Assembly (NCBI GenBank): GCA_035720125.1
Contig: DASTOV010000163.1
Coordinates: 1 to 34,731, forward strand
From: Sphingomicrobium sp.
GTDB taxonomy: Bacteria > Pseudomonadota > Alphaproteobacteria > Sphingomonadales > Sphingomonadaceae
DNA length: 34,731 nt
Direction: 5' to 3'
A program made the translations under genes and the position numbers. Below, piece by piece: positions 24,554-34,373 of the stretch. The first letter of the stretch is position 1; the number at the start of each line of letters is the position of its first letter. The notes beneath the pieces are model-generated. The model ran no database searches. It was not told where the DNA came from and saw only the letters and a list, made by a program, of their open reading frames with translations.

Positions 24554-26155
24554 TCACATCCTGAACACGCCAAACTGCGGCTTGTCGGGGATCGGCGCGT
24601 TGAGGCACGCCGCGAAGGCCAGGCCCAGCACATCGCGCGTCTGAACCGGATCGATAATCCCGTCGTCCCATAACCGCGCGGTGGCGTGCCACGGGTTGCC
24701 CTGCGCCTCATAATCGTCGCGGATCGGCTGCTTGAACGCCTCGGCCTCCTCCGGCGTCCATTTGGCTGCGTCGGCGTGGACCGTGGCTAGCACGCTCGCC
24801 GCCTGCTCTCCGCCCATCACGCTGATCCGGCTGTTGGGCCAGGTGAACAGGAAGCGGGGCGAATAGGCGCGGCCGCACATGCCGTAATTGCCGGCGCCGA
24901 AACTGCCGCCGATCAAAATGGTGACCTTTGGCACGGTCGCGGTGGCGACGGCGGTGACCAGCTTGGCGCCATGCTTGGCGATGCCTTCCGCCTCATATTT
25001 GCCGCCGACCATGAAGCCCGAGATATTCTGCAGGAACAGCAGCGGAATGCGCCGTTGGCAGGCAAGCTCGATGAAATGCGCGCCCTTCACCGCGCTCTCG
25101 CTGAATAGCACACCATTGTTGGCGAGGATCGCGACCGGAATGCCCCAGATATGGGCGAAGCCGCACACGAGCGAACTTCCGAACAGCGGTTTGAATTCGT
25201 GGAATTCGCTGCCGTCGACGATTCGGGCGATCACCTCATGCACGTCATAGGGCGCGCGGACATCGTCTGGGATGATCGAGTAAAGCTCCTCGGCGTCATA
25301 CAGCGGCGGGCGCGGTTCGCGCGTCTCGACCTCCGCCCCCGCCTCGCTGCCCAAATGTGAAACGATGTCGCGGACGATGGTCAGCGCATGCTCGTCATCC
25401 TCGGCAAGATGGTCGACCACGCCCGACCTGCGCGCATGGAGGTCGCCGCCTCCCAGCTCCTCGGCGCTGATCTCCTCGCCCGTCGCGGCCTTCACCAGCG
25501 GCGGGCCGGCGAGGAAGATGGTGCCCTGGCCCCGGACGATGACGCTCTCGTCGCTCATCGCCGGGACATAGGCGCCGCCGGCAGTGCAGCTGCCCATCAC
25601 GCAGGCGATCTGGGCGATGCCCTTCGAGCTCATCTGCGCCTGGTTGAAGAAGATGCGGCCGAAATGGTCGCGGTCGGGGAACACCTCGGCCTGGTGCGGC
25701 AGGTTCGCTCCACCACTGTCGACCAGGTAGATACATGGCAGCCGGTTGGCCTCGGCAATCTCCTGCGCGCGGAGATGCTTCTTGACCGTCATCGGATAGT
25801 AGGTGCCACCCTTCACCGTCGCGTCGTTGGCGACGATCATCACCTGCCGCCCGCTGACCCGGCCGATGCCGGCGATCATCCCCGCGCCGGGCACCTCGCG
25901 GTGATAAAGGTCGCATGCGGCGAGCTGGCCGATTTCGAGGAAGGGCGAACCGGGATCGAGCAGCCGCTCGACCCGGTCGCGAGGGAGCAGCTTGCCGCGC
26001 GAAACGTGTCGCTCGCGGTGCTTCTCGGGTCCGCCCCTGGCTGCCTTGGCGACATCCTTGCGGAGCTTCTCCGCCAGCGCGCGATTGTGCGCGGAGCGAG
26101 CCTGTGCCTCGGCGCTGCTTAAGTCCAGCTTGCTGTCGATCCGTGGTGCGCTCAT
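24554..26155 (-). CDS. liuB: Methylcrotonyl-CoA carboxylase beta (carboxyltransferase)
   Basis: [36 protein letters not shown]. Confidence 0.92.
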   Translation of the reverse strand: MSAPRIDSKLDLSSAEAQARSAHNRALAEKLRKDVAKAARGGPEKHRERHVSRGKLLPRDRVERLLDPGSPFLEIGQLAACDLYHREVPGAGMIAGIGRVSGRQVMIVANDATVKGGTYYPMTVKKHLRAQEIAEANRLPCIYLVDSGGANLPHQAEVFPDRDHFGRIFFNQAQMSSKGIAQIACVMGSCTAGGAYVPAMSDESVIVRGQGTIFLAGPPLVKAATGEEISAEELGGGDLHARRSGVVDHLAEDDEHALTIVRDIVSHLGSEAGAEVETREPRPPLYDAEELYSIIPDDVRAPYDVHEVIARIVDGSEFHEFKPLFGSSLVCGFAHIWGIPVAILANNGVLFSESAVKGAHFIELACQRRIPLLFLQNISGFMVGGKYEAEGIAKHGAKLVTAVATATVPKVTILIGGSFGAGNYGMCGRAYSPRFLFTWPNSRISVMGGEQAASVLATVHADAAKWTPEEAEAFKQPIRDDYEAQGNPWHATARLWDDGIIDPVQTRDVLGLAFAACLNAPIPDKPQFGVFRM

Positions 26156-26200
26156 GCCGCTCGCGTAGCGAGTGCGATGCGTCTTGCCTAGCGGGTGCGG

Positions 26201-27031
26201 CTATTGCGGCCGGTTCGCGCGGGCCTGGATATAGGCGATGATCGCCGCGCGCTCCTGCGGCGTTAGCTTCGACAGCGAGCTCTGCGCGATTGCTTTCATC
26301 AGGCCGAGGTCCGGTTTCGACTTGCCCTTGCCGGTTGTCAGCAGCTCATCCAGCTCTCCAGGCGTGAAAGCCGCCGCGATGTTCAGGTCAGGTGTAAAGC
26401 CCTCATAGCCCTGGAGTTCGCCATTGTGGCAGGAGGTACAAATTGTCTGCGTCAGGTGGCGGCCCCATTCATGGCTTGGGCCCATGTCGACCGGGGGCTT
26501 GGCGCGGTAGCGGACGATCTGCTGCTGCGCATTCCCGAAGCCCCGCTTCAGATCCTCCTCAAAGCCTTTGCCTTTGCGGATCGGTGGCAATTGCTTTCCC
26601 TCCGGTTTGAAAGTGCGGAGATAGGCAATGATCGCCGCCAGGTCGGCGTCACTCAGGAACTGATAACTCTCCACCGGCATGAACCAGAATTCGCGGCCGT
26701 CCTTGGGCTTGCCGTGGCGGATCAGCTGGTCGAGTTCCGCGTCGCTATAGCTGGCCAAAAGAAGCGTAACGTTGGGCGCGTTCATGTCGCCATAGTCAGG
26801 ATCGTCCGAAGTGACGTTGGTGCCCTGCAAGTTGGCTCCGTGGCAGACGGTGCAGGCATGCACTTCCGCCATTCGCTTGCCATGAGCGATCTTCGACGCC
26901 TCGTCCTTGTAATCGGCACCCTCGAAGGTCAGCTGCGCCGGAACAACCGGCGCTTCGGAATCAGTTGATTCCTTTGGGGCACTGCACGCTGAAAGGCTGG
27001 CCAGAGCCAGCAGGATCACGATCTTCTGCAT
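26201..27031 (-). CDS. Diheme c-type cytochrome lipoprotein
   Basis: Lipobox LSAC; CTVCH and CTSCH motifs. Confidence 0.85.
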   Translation of the reverse strand: MQKIVILLALASLSACSAPKESTDSEAPVVPAQLTFEGADYKDEASKIAHGKRMAEVHACTVCHGANLQGTNVTSDDPDYGDMNAPNVTLLLASYSDAELDQLIRHGKPKDGREFWFMPVESYQFLSDADLAAIIAYLRTFKPEGKQLPPIRKGKGFEEDLKRGFGNAQQQIVRYRAKPPVDMGPSHEWGRHLTQTICTSCHNGELQGYEGFTPDLNIAAAFTPGELDELLTTGKGKSKPDLGLMKAIAQSSLSKLTPQERAAIIAYIQARANRPQ

Positions 27032-27085
27032 CGCGACTCTCCCCTGATCGGGGAAAGGACTTAATCCAAATTATGCTTGAAGTCG

Positions 27086-28249
27086 CTACGCTCCGATCAA
27101 CTCCCGCCCGATCAGCATCCGGCGGATTTCGTTTGTACCGGCGCCAATGTCGAGCAGCTTGGCGTCACGCATGTAGCGTTCGACCGGCCAGTCCTTGGTG
27201 TAGCCTGCTCCGCCCAGCGCCTGCACCGCCTCGCCGGCAACCTTGAACGCACTTTCGGATGCCAGCAGGATCGCTCCTGCTGCATCGAACCGGGTGGTCC
27301 GTCCCGCATCGCAATTCTTGGCGACCTGGTAGACGTAGGCGCGTGCCGAATTGAGCGCGACATACATGTCGGCGACCTTGGCCTGCATCAGCTGGAAGGC
27401 ACCGATCGGCTTGCCAAACTGCTTGCGCTCCCGGACATAGGGGATGACCGTGTCGAGGCAGGCCTGCATGATGCCGAGCTGGATACCGGCGAGCACGGTC
27501 CGCTCATAATCGAGACCGCTCATCAGCACGCCGACCCCGCCATTTTCCGGACCCATGATATTTTCGGCCGGAACGAAGCAGTCCTCGAACACCAGCTCAC
27601 AAGTCGGCGATCCGCGCATGCCGACCTTGTCGACCTTCTGGCCAATCGAGAAGCCTTCCATGTCCTTCTCGATAATGAAGGTGGTGATGCCGCGGCTGCC
27701 ATCCTCCGGCGATGTCTTGGCATAGACTACCAGCGTGTCGGCGTGGGAACCGTTGGTGATCCAGAACTTCGTGCCGTTGAGCCGATAACCGTTGCCCGAT
27801 TTCTCGGCCTTCAGCTTCATGCCGACGACGTCGCTGCCCGCGCCCGCCTCGCTCATCGCCAGCGCGCCGACATGCTCGCCGCTGATCAGTTTGGGGAGAT
27901 ATTTGCGCTTCTGTTCCTCATTGGCCCAGCGGCGGATCTGGTTGACGCACAGGTTGCTGTGCGCGCCATAGCTCAGGCCCACCGAGGCCGAGGCGCGCGC
28001 CACTTCCTCTTGCGCGACGACATGCTCGAGATAGCCGAGGCCCAGGCCGCCCCATTCTTCCTCGACGGTAATTCCGTGGAGGCCCAGCTCGCCCATCTGC
28101 GGCCACAATTGCTTCGGGAATTCATCCTTCTCGTCGATCTCGGCGGCGATGGGCGCAATCTGCTCGCGGGCGAAGCGCTCGGTCGTTTCGCGGATCGTGT
28201 CCGCCATTTCACCAAGGCCGAAATCGAGGCCAGGCATGTCGCTCATCAT
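27086..28249 (-). CDS. ivd: Isovaleryl-CoA dehydrogenase
   Basis: [39 protein letters not shown]; adjacent to the MCC genes. Confidence 0.93.
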   Translation of the reverse strand: MMSDMPGLDFGLGEMADTIRETTERFAREQIAPIAAEIDEKDEFPKQLWPQMGELGLHGITVEEEWGGLGLGYLEHVVAQEEVARASASVGLSYGAHSNLCVNQIRRWANEEQKRKYLPKLISGEHVGALAMSEAGAGSDVVGMKLKAEKSGNGYRLNGTKFWITNGSHADTLVVYAKTSPEDGSRGITTFIIEKDMEGFSIGQKVDKVGMRGSPTCELVFEDCFVPAENIMGPENGGVGVLMSGLDYERTVLAGIQLGIMQACLDTVIPYVRERKQFGKPIGAFQLMQAKVADMYVALNSARAYVYQVAKNCDAGRTTRFDAAGAILLASESAFKVAGEAVQALGGAGYTKDWPVERYMRDAKLLDIGAGTNEIRRMLIGRELIGA

Positions 28250-28357
28250 ATTCTCCTGTCGCCGGCGCGCCTAGCATCCAGCTGAACCCTTGGACAAGGC
28301 GGGGTCAGCGACTATGTGCAGCGCAGCACAATTCCCTGGCCCAAGCGAGTCTCGACC

Positions 28358-29542
28358 ATGTCCACCGATCCGATTGTCATCCTTTCCACCGCCCGCACGC
28401 CGATGGGTTCCATGCAGGGCGCCCTTGCCGACGTTTCCGCCACGGATCTCGGTGCGACCGTCGTCAAGGCCGTCGTCGAACGCGCGGGGATCAAGGGCGA
28501 TGATATCGACCGCATCTACATGGGCTGCGTACTTCCCGCTGGCCTCGGGCAAGCTCCGGCGCGCCAGGCCGCGCTCAAGGCCGGCCTGCCCAAGTCGGTC
28601 CAGGCGACCACGGTCAACAAGGTGTGCGGTTCGGGCATGCAGACCGTCATCATGGCCGAAGAAGCGCTGAAGGCCGGCAACGCAGACCTGATCGTCGCAG
28701 GCGGCATGGAGTCGATGACCAACGCGCCCTATATCTTGAAGAAGCATCGCTCGGGCGCCCGCATCGGCCACGACACGGCCTATGACCATATGTTCCTTGA
28801 TGGCCTGGAGGACGCCTATGAGCCGGGCCGGGCGATGGGCACCTTTGCCCAGGAAACGGCCAACCAATATCAGCTGACCCGCGAGGAACAGGATAATTAT
28901 TCGATCGAGAGCCTGGCGCGGGCCAAGGCGGCGATCGACGCCGGTGCCTTTGCCGACGAGATCGTGCCGGTCGTGATCCAGGGCCGCGGCGGCGAGACGG
29001 TGGTCGATACCGACGAGGCACCGGGCAGGGGTCGTCCCGACAAGATCCCGACACTGAAGCCGGCCTTTGCCAAGGATGGCACGATCACCGCGGCGACCAG
29101 CTCGTCAATTTCCGATGGCGCTGCCGCGCTGGTACTGGCTCGACAGTCGGACGCCGACGCCAAGGGCCTGAAGCCGGTGGCGCGAATCGTCGCTTCGGCT
29201 GCCCATGCCCGCGAGCCGAGCGAGTTCACGCTCGCCCCAGCCGGCGCGATCGAAAAGGTGCTGGAAAAGGCCGGCTGGAATGTCGACGATGTCGACCTGT
29301 GGGAGGTCAACGAAGCCTTCGCCTGCGTTGCCATGTTCGCCATGCGCGATCTCGGCATCCCGCACGAGAAGATCAATGTCCATGGCGGCGCGACGGCGCT
29401 CGGCCACCCGATCGGAGCCAGCGGCGCCCGACTGATCGTCACATTGATCGGCGCGCTCAAGTCCAAGGGCAAGACGCGCGGCGTTGCCAGCCTGTGCATC
29501 GGGGGCGGCGAGGCCACGGCGGTCGCGGTGGAGCTGGTCTAA
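28358..29542 (+). CDS. Acetyl-CoA C-acyltransferase (thiolase)
   Basis: NKVCGSG, NEAFA, GHPIGASG, CIGGGE. Confidence 0.95.
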   Translation: MSTDPIVILSTARTPMGSMQGALADVSATDLGATVVKAVVERAGIKGDDIDRIYMGCVLPAGLGQAPARQAALKAGLPKSVQATTVNKVCGSGMQTVIMAEEALKAGNADLIVAGGMESMTNAPYILKKHRSGARIGHDTAYDHMFLDGLEDAYEPGRAMGTFAQETANQYQLTREEQDNYSIESLARAKAAIDAGAFADEIVPVVIQGRGGETVVDTDEAPGRGRPDKIPTLKPAFAKDGTITAATSSSISDGAAALVLARQSDADAKGLKPVARIVASAAHAREPSEFTLAPAGAIEKVLEKAGWNVDDVDLWEVNEAFACVAMFAMRDLGIPHEKINVHGGATALGHPIGASGARLIVTLIGALKSKGKTRGVASLCIGGGEATAVAVELV

Positions 29543-29621
29543 GGTCTCTTCGACTGCGTCCATTTGCTGCAAGTTGCTACAAATGCTAATCCCCCGACCC
29601 TCTCAAAGAGGGGGACTAGCT

Positions 29622-30038
29622 ATGAAGAACGTGCTTTTGGCCGCTGTTGCGGTCGTGGCTCTCGTCGGTTGCCAGCAGCCAGCAGAAAGTTCTGACGAAG
29701 CTGCTGCGGCCAATGACGTAACGGCGGTCGCGCCGGAGGCGACACCAACGGCGATGGTCACCGCGAACGGTACCACCCCCGGCACCTTCGAAGTCACAGC
29801 GAAAGACGGCACCAAGAGCCAGACGGTCCTAAGGGAAGACGGCACCTATTCGGATATGGATGCAAGCGGTGCGGAAGTCGCCAAGGGCACATGGACGGTC
29901 ACGGACGGCAAGACCTGCTTCGACCCGGACGGCGATGAAGGCGCAACCTGCTACGCCGAGACCGCGGTGGGAGCCGACGGATCCTTCACCGCTACACCCG
30001 ATGAGGGTGATCCCGTGACCGTGAAGAAGGTCGGCTAA
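29622..30038 (+). CDS. Hypothetical lipoprotein
   Basis: MKNVLLAAVAVVALVGC lipobox; GAGGGGG RBS. Confidence 0.82.
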   Translation: MKNVLLAAVAVVALVGCQQPAESSDEAAAANDVTAVAPEATPTAMVTANGTTPGTFEVTAKDGTKSQTVLREDGTYSDMDASGAEVAKGTWTVTDGKTCFDPDGDEGATCYAETAVGADGSFTATPDEGDPVTVKKVG

Positions 30039-30127
30039 GGCCAAGCCGGCTGCGTCGCGCCATCAGGGTGCGTTAAGCGCCCAAACCTGCTACGTGCCCC
30101 CTTCCTCGTAAAAACAGGGAGAGAGAC

Positions 30128-30583
30128 ATGCGGATAGTGATGACCTCACTGGCCGTGCTGGCGCTCGTGGCGTGCGGGCAGCCGGCCGAAACGACCAACG
30201 ACATGAGCGCTGAGGACGCCAACATGTCGATGGATGCCAATATGGCGATGGACGCCAATGCGGTAACGCCGGCTGGATTTCAGATCAATGAAACCAGCTG
30301 GGAGTTCACCATGGACGGCAAGGCACAAACCGAGACCATCGACGCCAGCGGCAATTACGTTGCCTGGTCCGGAACCGAGCATATCGACCATGGCACGGCA
30401 GTCATGAAGGACGGCAAGGCCTGCTTCGACAGCGCGATGGATGAGGAAGGCGAGATCTGCTGGACGACGTCGCCGACTGAAATTGCGGTTGGCCAATCGT
30501 TCGAAACGACTAGCGACAAGGGCGAGAAGCTGACCGTCAAGCGGATCGCCTTTGTGCCGGTGCCCGACAATGTGAAGCCATAG
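30128..30583 (+). CDS. Hypothetical lipoprotein, paralog of the upstream gene
   Basis: LALVAC lipobox; shares GT....DGK.CFD...EG..C and SF..T...G...TVK with 29622-30038. Confidence 0.82.
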   Translation: MRIVMTSLAVLALVACGQPAETTNDMSAEDANMSMDANMAMDANAVTPAGFQINETSWEFTMDGKAQTETIDASGNYVAWSGTEHIDHGTAVMKDGKACFDSAMDEEGEICWTTSPTEIAVGQSFETTSDKGEKLTVKRIAFVPVPDNVKP

Positions 30584-30601
30584 TCAGGGCACGGACGCCG
30601 A

Positions 30602-30985
30602 TTAACCGAAGGAAGCGATGATCGGGCAGGGTCCTGCCCGGTCCTCGCCGCATTCCTTTGCCAGGCGGGCAAGAAACGTCCGCGACTGCTTCAGTTCAGC
30701 AATCTTCTCGTCCAGTGCCCTGATCCGCGCCCGGGCCATTTCCCGCGCCCGGGCCCGATCTTCACCGGCATCCAGCGCTATCAGCTCGCCAATCTCAGCC
30801 AGCGTGAATCCCGCGGCCTGCGCGCGCCTGATGAATGCGATCCGATCGAGGTCGCGCGTGTCATAGCGACGGATTCCCCCGGCACGCGGAGGTACCGCGA
30901 GCAGCCCCCTTCGCTGGTAGAATCGGACGGTTTCGATGCCGACGCCAGCCGCGCTGGCCAGCGTACCGATGGTTAAGTCAGCCAT
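30602..30985 (-). CDS. MerR-family transcriptional regulator
   Basis: TIG.LA.AAGV..ETVRFYQRRGLL, GFTL.EI, C-terminal C..PCPII. Confidence 0.92.
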   Translation of the reverse strand: MADLTIGTLASAAGVGIETVRFYQRRGLLAVPPRAGGIRRYDTRDLDRIAFIRRAQAAGFTLAEIGELIALDAGEDRARAREMARARIRALDEKIAELKQSRTFLARLAKECGEDRAGPCPIIASFG

Positions 30986-30993
30986 GCCTGCTT

Positions 30994-31009
30994 CCGTACC
31001 AGGGTACGG
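30994..31009. promoter_or_regulatory. MerR-type operator dyad
   Basis: CCGTAC-CAGG-GTACGG, 8 bp upstream of the merR-family ATG; same arms as the Tn21/Tn501 mer operator. Confidence 0.8.
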
Positions 31010-31037
31010 GTGTCATGCAATCATAGCCGATGCTTTT

Positions 31038-31484
31038 CTAGCCCTTGCCCGCATAGGCGATGCATTCGACCTCGAGCAGCGCGCCGAGAGCCAGTCCGTC
31101 CGCCCCGAAGGCGCTCCTCGCAGGGAATTTGCCGTCAGGGAAATAGGTCACATAGACTTTGTTGAATGCCGGCCAGTCGGCCATGTTGTCGAGCATCACG
31201 GTGCATTTGACGACATCGCCCCAGCCAAGGCCTGCCGACGTCAGCGCCGCGCCAAGATTGTCCATTGCCAGTCTGGCCTGCGCCTCCATGCCGTCGGCCA
31301 GCTTGCCATCGGCGGTGACCCCGAGTGCGCCCGACAGGTAGACCGTATCGCCGGCCCGGACCGCGCTGGAGAACGGCAATCGCTGGCCGTTGATGCTGGG
31401 TTCGCCGATGCGTTGGATTTGGTCTTGCGCCATGGCTGGTGTGGATAGGACCAGGCAAGCAGCCAAAGCAAATGCGGTCTTCAT
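31038..31484 (-). CDS. RidA/YjgF family protein with signal peptide
   Basis: PFSSAV..GDTVYLSG, FNKVY..YF...PARS, LEVECIA; N-terminal MKTAFALAACLVLSTPAMA. Confidence 0.9.
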   Translation of the reverse strand: MKTAFALAACLVLSTPAMAQDQIQRIGEPSINGQRLPFSSAVRAGDTVYLSGALGVTADGKLADGMEAQARLAMDNLGAALTSAGLGWGDVVKCTVMLDNMADWPAFNKVYVTYFPDGKFPARSAFGADGLALGALLEVECIAYAGKG

Positions 31485-31515
31485 GGCGGTCCCCTTCTTG
31501 TTCCCGGCGAACAGG

Positions 31516-31995
31516 TCAATCGTCGAACTCTTCCCCTTCGTCGACGCCCCAGATATCGCCCTGCGCGATCCAGCCTTTGCGCGTGCCGACCTGGATGCGA
31601 CACCAACTTCCATTGCACTTTTCGAGGCGGCCGACCACGCCATGTTCGGCGCGATATCGGACCGGTGCGTTGGCTTCGGGCTTGGTACGGATATCGCGCG
31701 GCTCGCCGGGCTTGACGATGCCGGTCCGCCGGTCGCTCAGCAGCGTAACCAGCATCCAGCCCTGGGTCCCGTCCGGATCCTCAATCTTGCGCCAGTTGGG
31801 ATAGACCTGCACGACGCGGATCGGCAGGTCGCGGCGCTTGAAAAGCCAGATGCCGGGATAGTTTCGGCCGGGGCCGGTGCGCATCATCGCCTCCCCGCTG
31901 GCAATCGAGGCCCAGTAGGGCGGCTTCTTGTCCTGTGCGTCAGCAGCGGTTGCCAGTGCCAGCAATACGCCAAGCAGCACCCCTCGCCTGAACAT
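31516..31995 (-). CDS. Secreted SH3 domain-containing protein
   Basis: MRTGPG..YP..W, WRKIEDPDG..GW, second SH3-like repeat; signal peptide. Confidence 0.85.
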   Translation of the reverse strand: MFRRGVLLGVLLALATAADAQDKKPPYWASIASGEAMMRTGPGRNYPGIWLFKRRDLPIRVVQVYPNWRKIEDPDGTQGWMLVTLLSDRRTGIVKPGEPRDIRTKPEANAPVRYRAEHGVVGRLEKCNGSWCRIQVGTRKGWIAQGDIWGVDEGEEFDD

Positions 31996-33401
31996 CAGGC
32001 CCCCGTCAGGATGCGGTCGACGAGCTGTTTCACCGTTGGAACGAAACCGTTCGAATAGAAAGGGTCGCTCTGAAAGCGGAAGGCCGAATGACCGGCGAAC
32101 ATCAAATTTTGCTCGACATCGCCCCCATGTGCGATTTCCTGCAATGTCTTTTGAATGCAGAAGCTGCGCGGGTCGGCCAGGCGGCCCGTCGAATTCTTCT
32201 CATTGTCGGCCCAGCTTGAAAAGCTGCACTGCGACAGACAGCCCATGCACGCAGCCTGATCGGTCCGGATCAGCTTTTCCTCGTCAGGGGTAACGAACAC
32301 CAGCGTGTCGTCGGGTGTCTTCATTGCATTGGTGAAGCCTGCGCCGAACCATTCGCGCGCGTGCTGAAGGTCGCCCTTTGTGACCCAGTAATTCTTCTTG
32401 TTGCCGATGCCGACGTCGAGCTCGAACGCATGATCTCCGATCGGCTCCTTGGTGAAGGCGATCTGGCGATCGCTGCGCGCTTCGAGGTGGCGCAGGAAGG
32501 GGTTGCGGACCGCCGAGGAATAGAAGCCCGTCGGCGAAAAACGATGGAGCAGGACATCGCCCTCCTCCAGGGTCATCAGCCGCGCCTTCCACGCCGGCGG
32601 GATCGGGCTTTCCTGGGTCAGCAGTGGACGGGTTCCGAATTGGAAGGCGATCTGGCCGAGCTCGGGGTTGTCGATCCAGTCGTTCCATTCGTCGAGCCGC
32701 CATACGCCGCCGGCCATGACGATCGGCACCTCGTCGCTGATGCCACCCTCGCGCATCACGTCGCGCAATTCCTTGACGCGCGGATAGGGGTCCTGCGGCT
32801 TGCGCGGGTCCTCCGCATTGGAAAGGCCATTGTGACCGCCGGCCAGCCATGGGTCTTCATAAACCACGGCGCTCAGCCACTCCGCCGCCTTGGAATATGC
32901 TCGCTTCCACAGCGCGCGGAAAGCGCGGCCCGAAGAAATGATCGGCAAATAGGAAACGCCGTACGACGCCGCGATTTCCGACAGCTTGTAGGGCATTCCG
33001 GCACCGCAGGTGACGCCCGACACCATCCCCTTGGTCCGCTCCAGCACGCCGTGAAGCACCCGCTGCGCGCCGCCCATTTCCCACAGCACGTTGATGTTGA
33101 TCGCGCCCTTGCCGCTGGCGATTTCATAGGCGCGCCTTACTTGCGCCACCGCACCCTCGACGGCGTATGCAATCAGCTCTTCATGCCGTTCCCGCCGCGT
33201 CAGCGCCCTGTAGACCTGCGGGATGATCCGTCCTTCAGGATCGTAGCTGTCGGCATTGACCGCTGAGACCGTACCGATGCCACCGGCCGCCGCCCAGGCC
33301 CCCGAGCTGGCATGGTTGGTCGCTGAAACGCCCTTCCCGCCCTCGATCAGCGGCCAGACCTCGCGGCCGCCGTACAGGATCGGCTTCAAGCCCTTGAACA
33401 A
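31995..33401 (-). CDS. Nitronate monooxygenase-family flavin oxidoreductase
   Basis: PLIEGGKGV, GAGMP, YEDPWLAGGHNG, MAGG, QFGTR; TTG start at 33401 after GGGAGAG. Confidence 0.85.
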   Translation of the reverse strand: MFKGLKPILYGGREVWPLIEGGKGVSATNHASSGAWAAAGGIGTVSAVNADSYDPEGRIIPQVYRALTRRERHEELIAYAVEGAVAQVRRAYEIASGKGAININVLWEMGGAQRVLHGVLERTKGMVSGVTCGAGMPYKLSEIAASYGVSYLPIISSGRAFRALWKRAYSKAAEWLSAVVYEDPWLAGGHNGLSNAEDPRKPQDPYPRVKELRDVMREGGISDEVPIVMAGGVWRLDEWNDWIDNPELGQIAFQFGTRPLLTQESPIPPAWKARLMTLEEGDVLLHRFSPTGFYSSAVRNPFLRHLEARSDRQIAFTKEPIGDHAFELDVGIGNKKNYWVTKGDLQHAREWFGAGFTNAMKTPDDTLVFVTPDEEKLIRTDQAACMGCLSQCSFSSWADNEKNSTGRLADPRSFCIQKTLQEIAHGGDVEQNLMFAGHSAFRFQSDPFYSNGFVPTVKQLVDRILTGA

Positions 33402-33470
33402 CTGTCTCTCCCAAATTGGTTCGCGGCCCCTATAGGCCGCTCGGTACGGCTTGGCGCGCAAAAAATGTGG

Positions 33471-34319
33471 TCAGGTCGTTAGCACATAGTCGAGCCCTAT
33501 ATCGACCGCGGGGGCCGACTGGGTAATCCTCCCAACCGAAATATAATCGACGCCGGTTTCGGCGACACTCCGGATCGTATCCAGATTGACGCCGCCGGAT
33601 GCCTCCAACGGCACGCGGCCGGAAACCAGCTCTACTGCCTGCCTCAGCGTCTGAGGTTTCATATTATCAAGCAACAAGCGATCGGCTCCAGCCGCCAGCG
33701 CCGGCTCGATCTGGTCGATGCGATCGACTTCGACCTGGATCGGCAGGTTGCTGCCATAGGCCCTCGCCGCCGCGACCGCCTCGGCAACGCCCCCCGCGAC
33801 ACCGACATGATTGTCCTTGATCAGCAATCCGTCGTCGAGCCGCATGCGATGGTTTTGGGCGCCGCCCATGCGCGCGGCATATTTTTCGAGCGCGCGAAGC
33901 CCGGGGATGGTCTTTCGGGTATCGAGCAACGTGGCGCCGGTTCCGGAAATCGCATCGACATAGCGTCGCGTCAGCGTGGCAATCCCGGACAAATGCTGCA
34001 GCGTGTTGAGCGCCGACCGCTCGGCGGTCAGCATCGCGCGTGCCTTGCCTTCGAGGCGAAGCAGGACAGCGCCCGCTTCAACCTTGTCTCCATCGCTAAC
34101 CAGCTTTTCGAGCAGCATGTCCGGATCGAGCGCGCGGAAGAAAGCGATCGCAATGTCGATTCCCGCCACGACGATCGGCTCCCGGCAATTCATCTCGGCG
34201 GAGAAGCGCGCCTTTTCGGCGATCGTGGCCATGGAAGTTACATCGCCGCCTGATCCGAGATCTTCGGCAAGCACGCGCTGCACGAAGTCTTCAAGGTCAA
34301 AGCCGGGAATCGCGCTCAT
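33471..34319 (-). CDS. nadC: Nicotinate-nucleotide pyrophosphorylase (carboxylating)
   Basis: EDLG..GDVT, AER.ALN.LQHLSGIAT, DTRKT.PGLR, KDNH, LLDN, EASGG. Confidence 0.97.
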   Translation of the reverse strand: MSAIPGFDLEDFVQRVLAEDLGSGGDVTSMATIAEKARFSAEMNCREPIVVAGIDIAIAFFRALDPDMLLEKLVSDGDKVEAGAVLLRLEGKARAMLTAERSALNTLQHLSGIATLTRRYVDAISGTGATLLDTRKTIPGLRALEKYAARMGGAQNHRMRLDDGLLIKDNHVGVAGGVAEAVAAARAYGSNLPIQVEVDRIDQIEPALAAGADRLLLDNMKPQTLRQAVELVSGRVPLEASGGVNLDTIRSVAETGVDYISVGRITQSAPAVDIGLDYVLTT

Positions 34320-34373
34320 GTCCTGCCCTAAACGTGGGTTTGACGCGCGCGCAAGCCGGCTTACACCAGCGGC

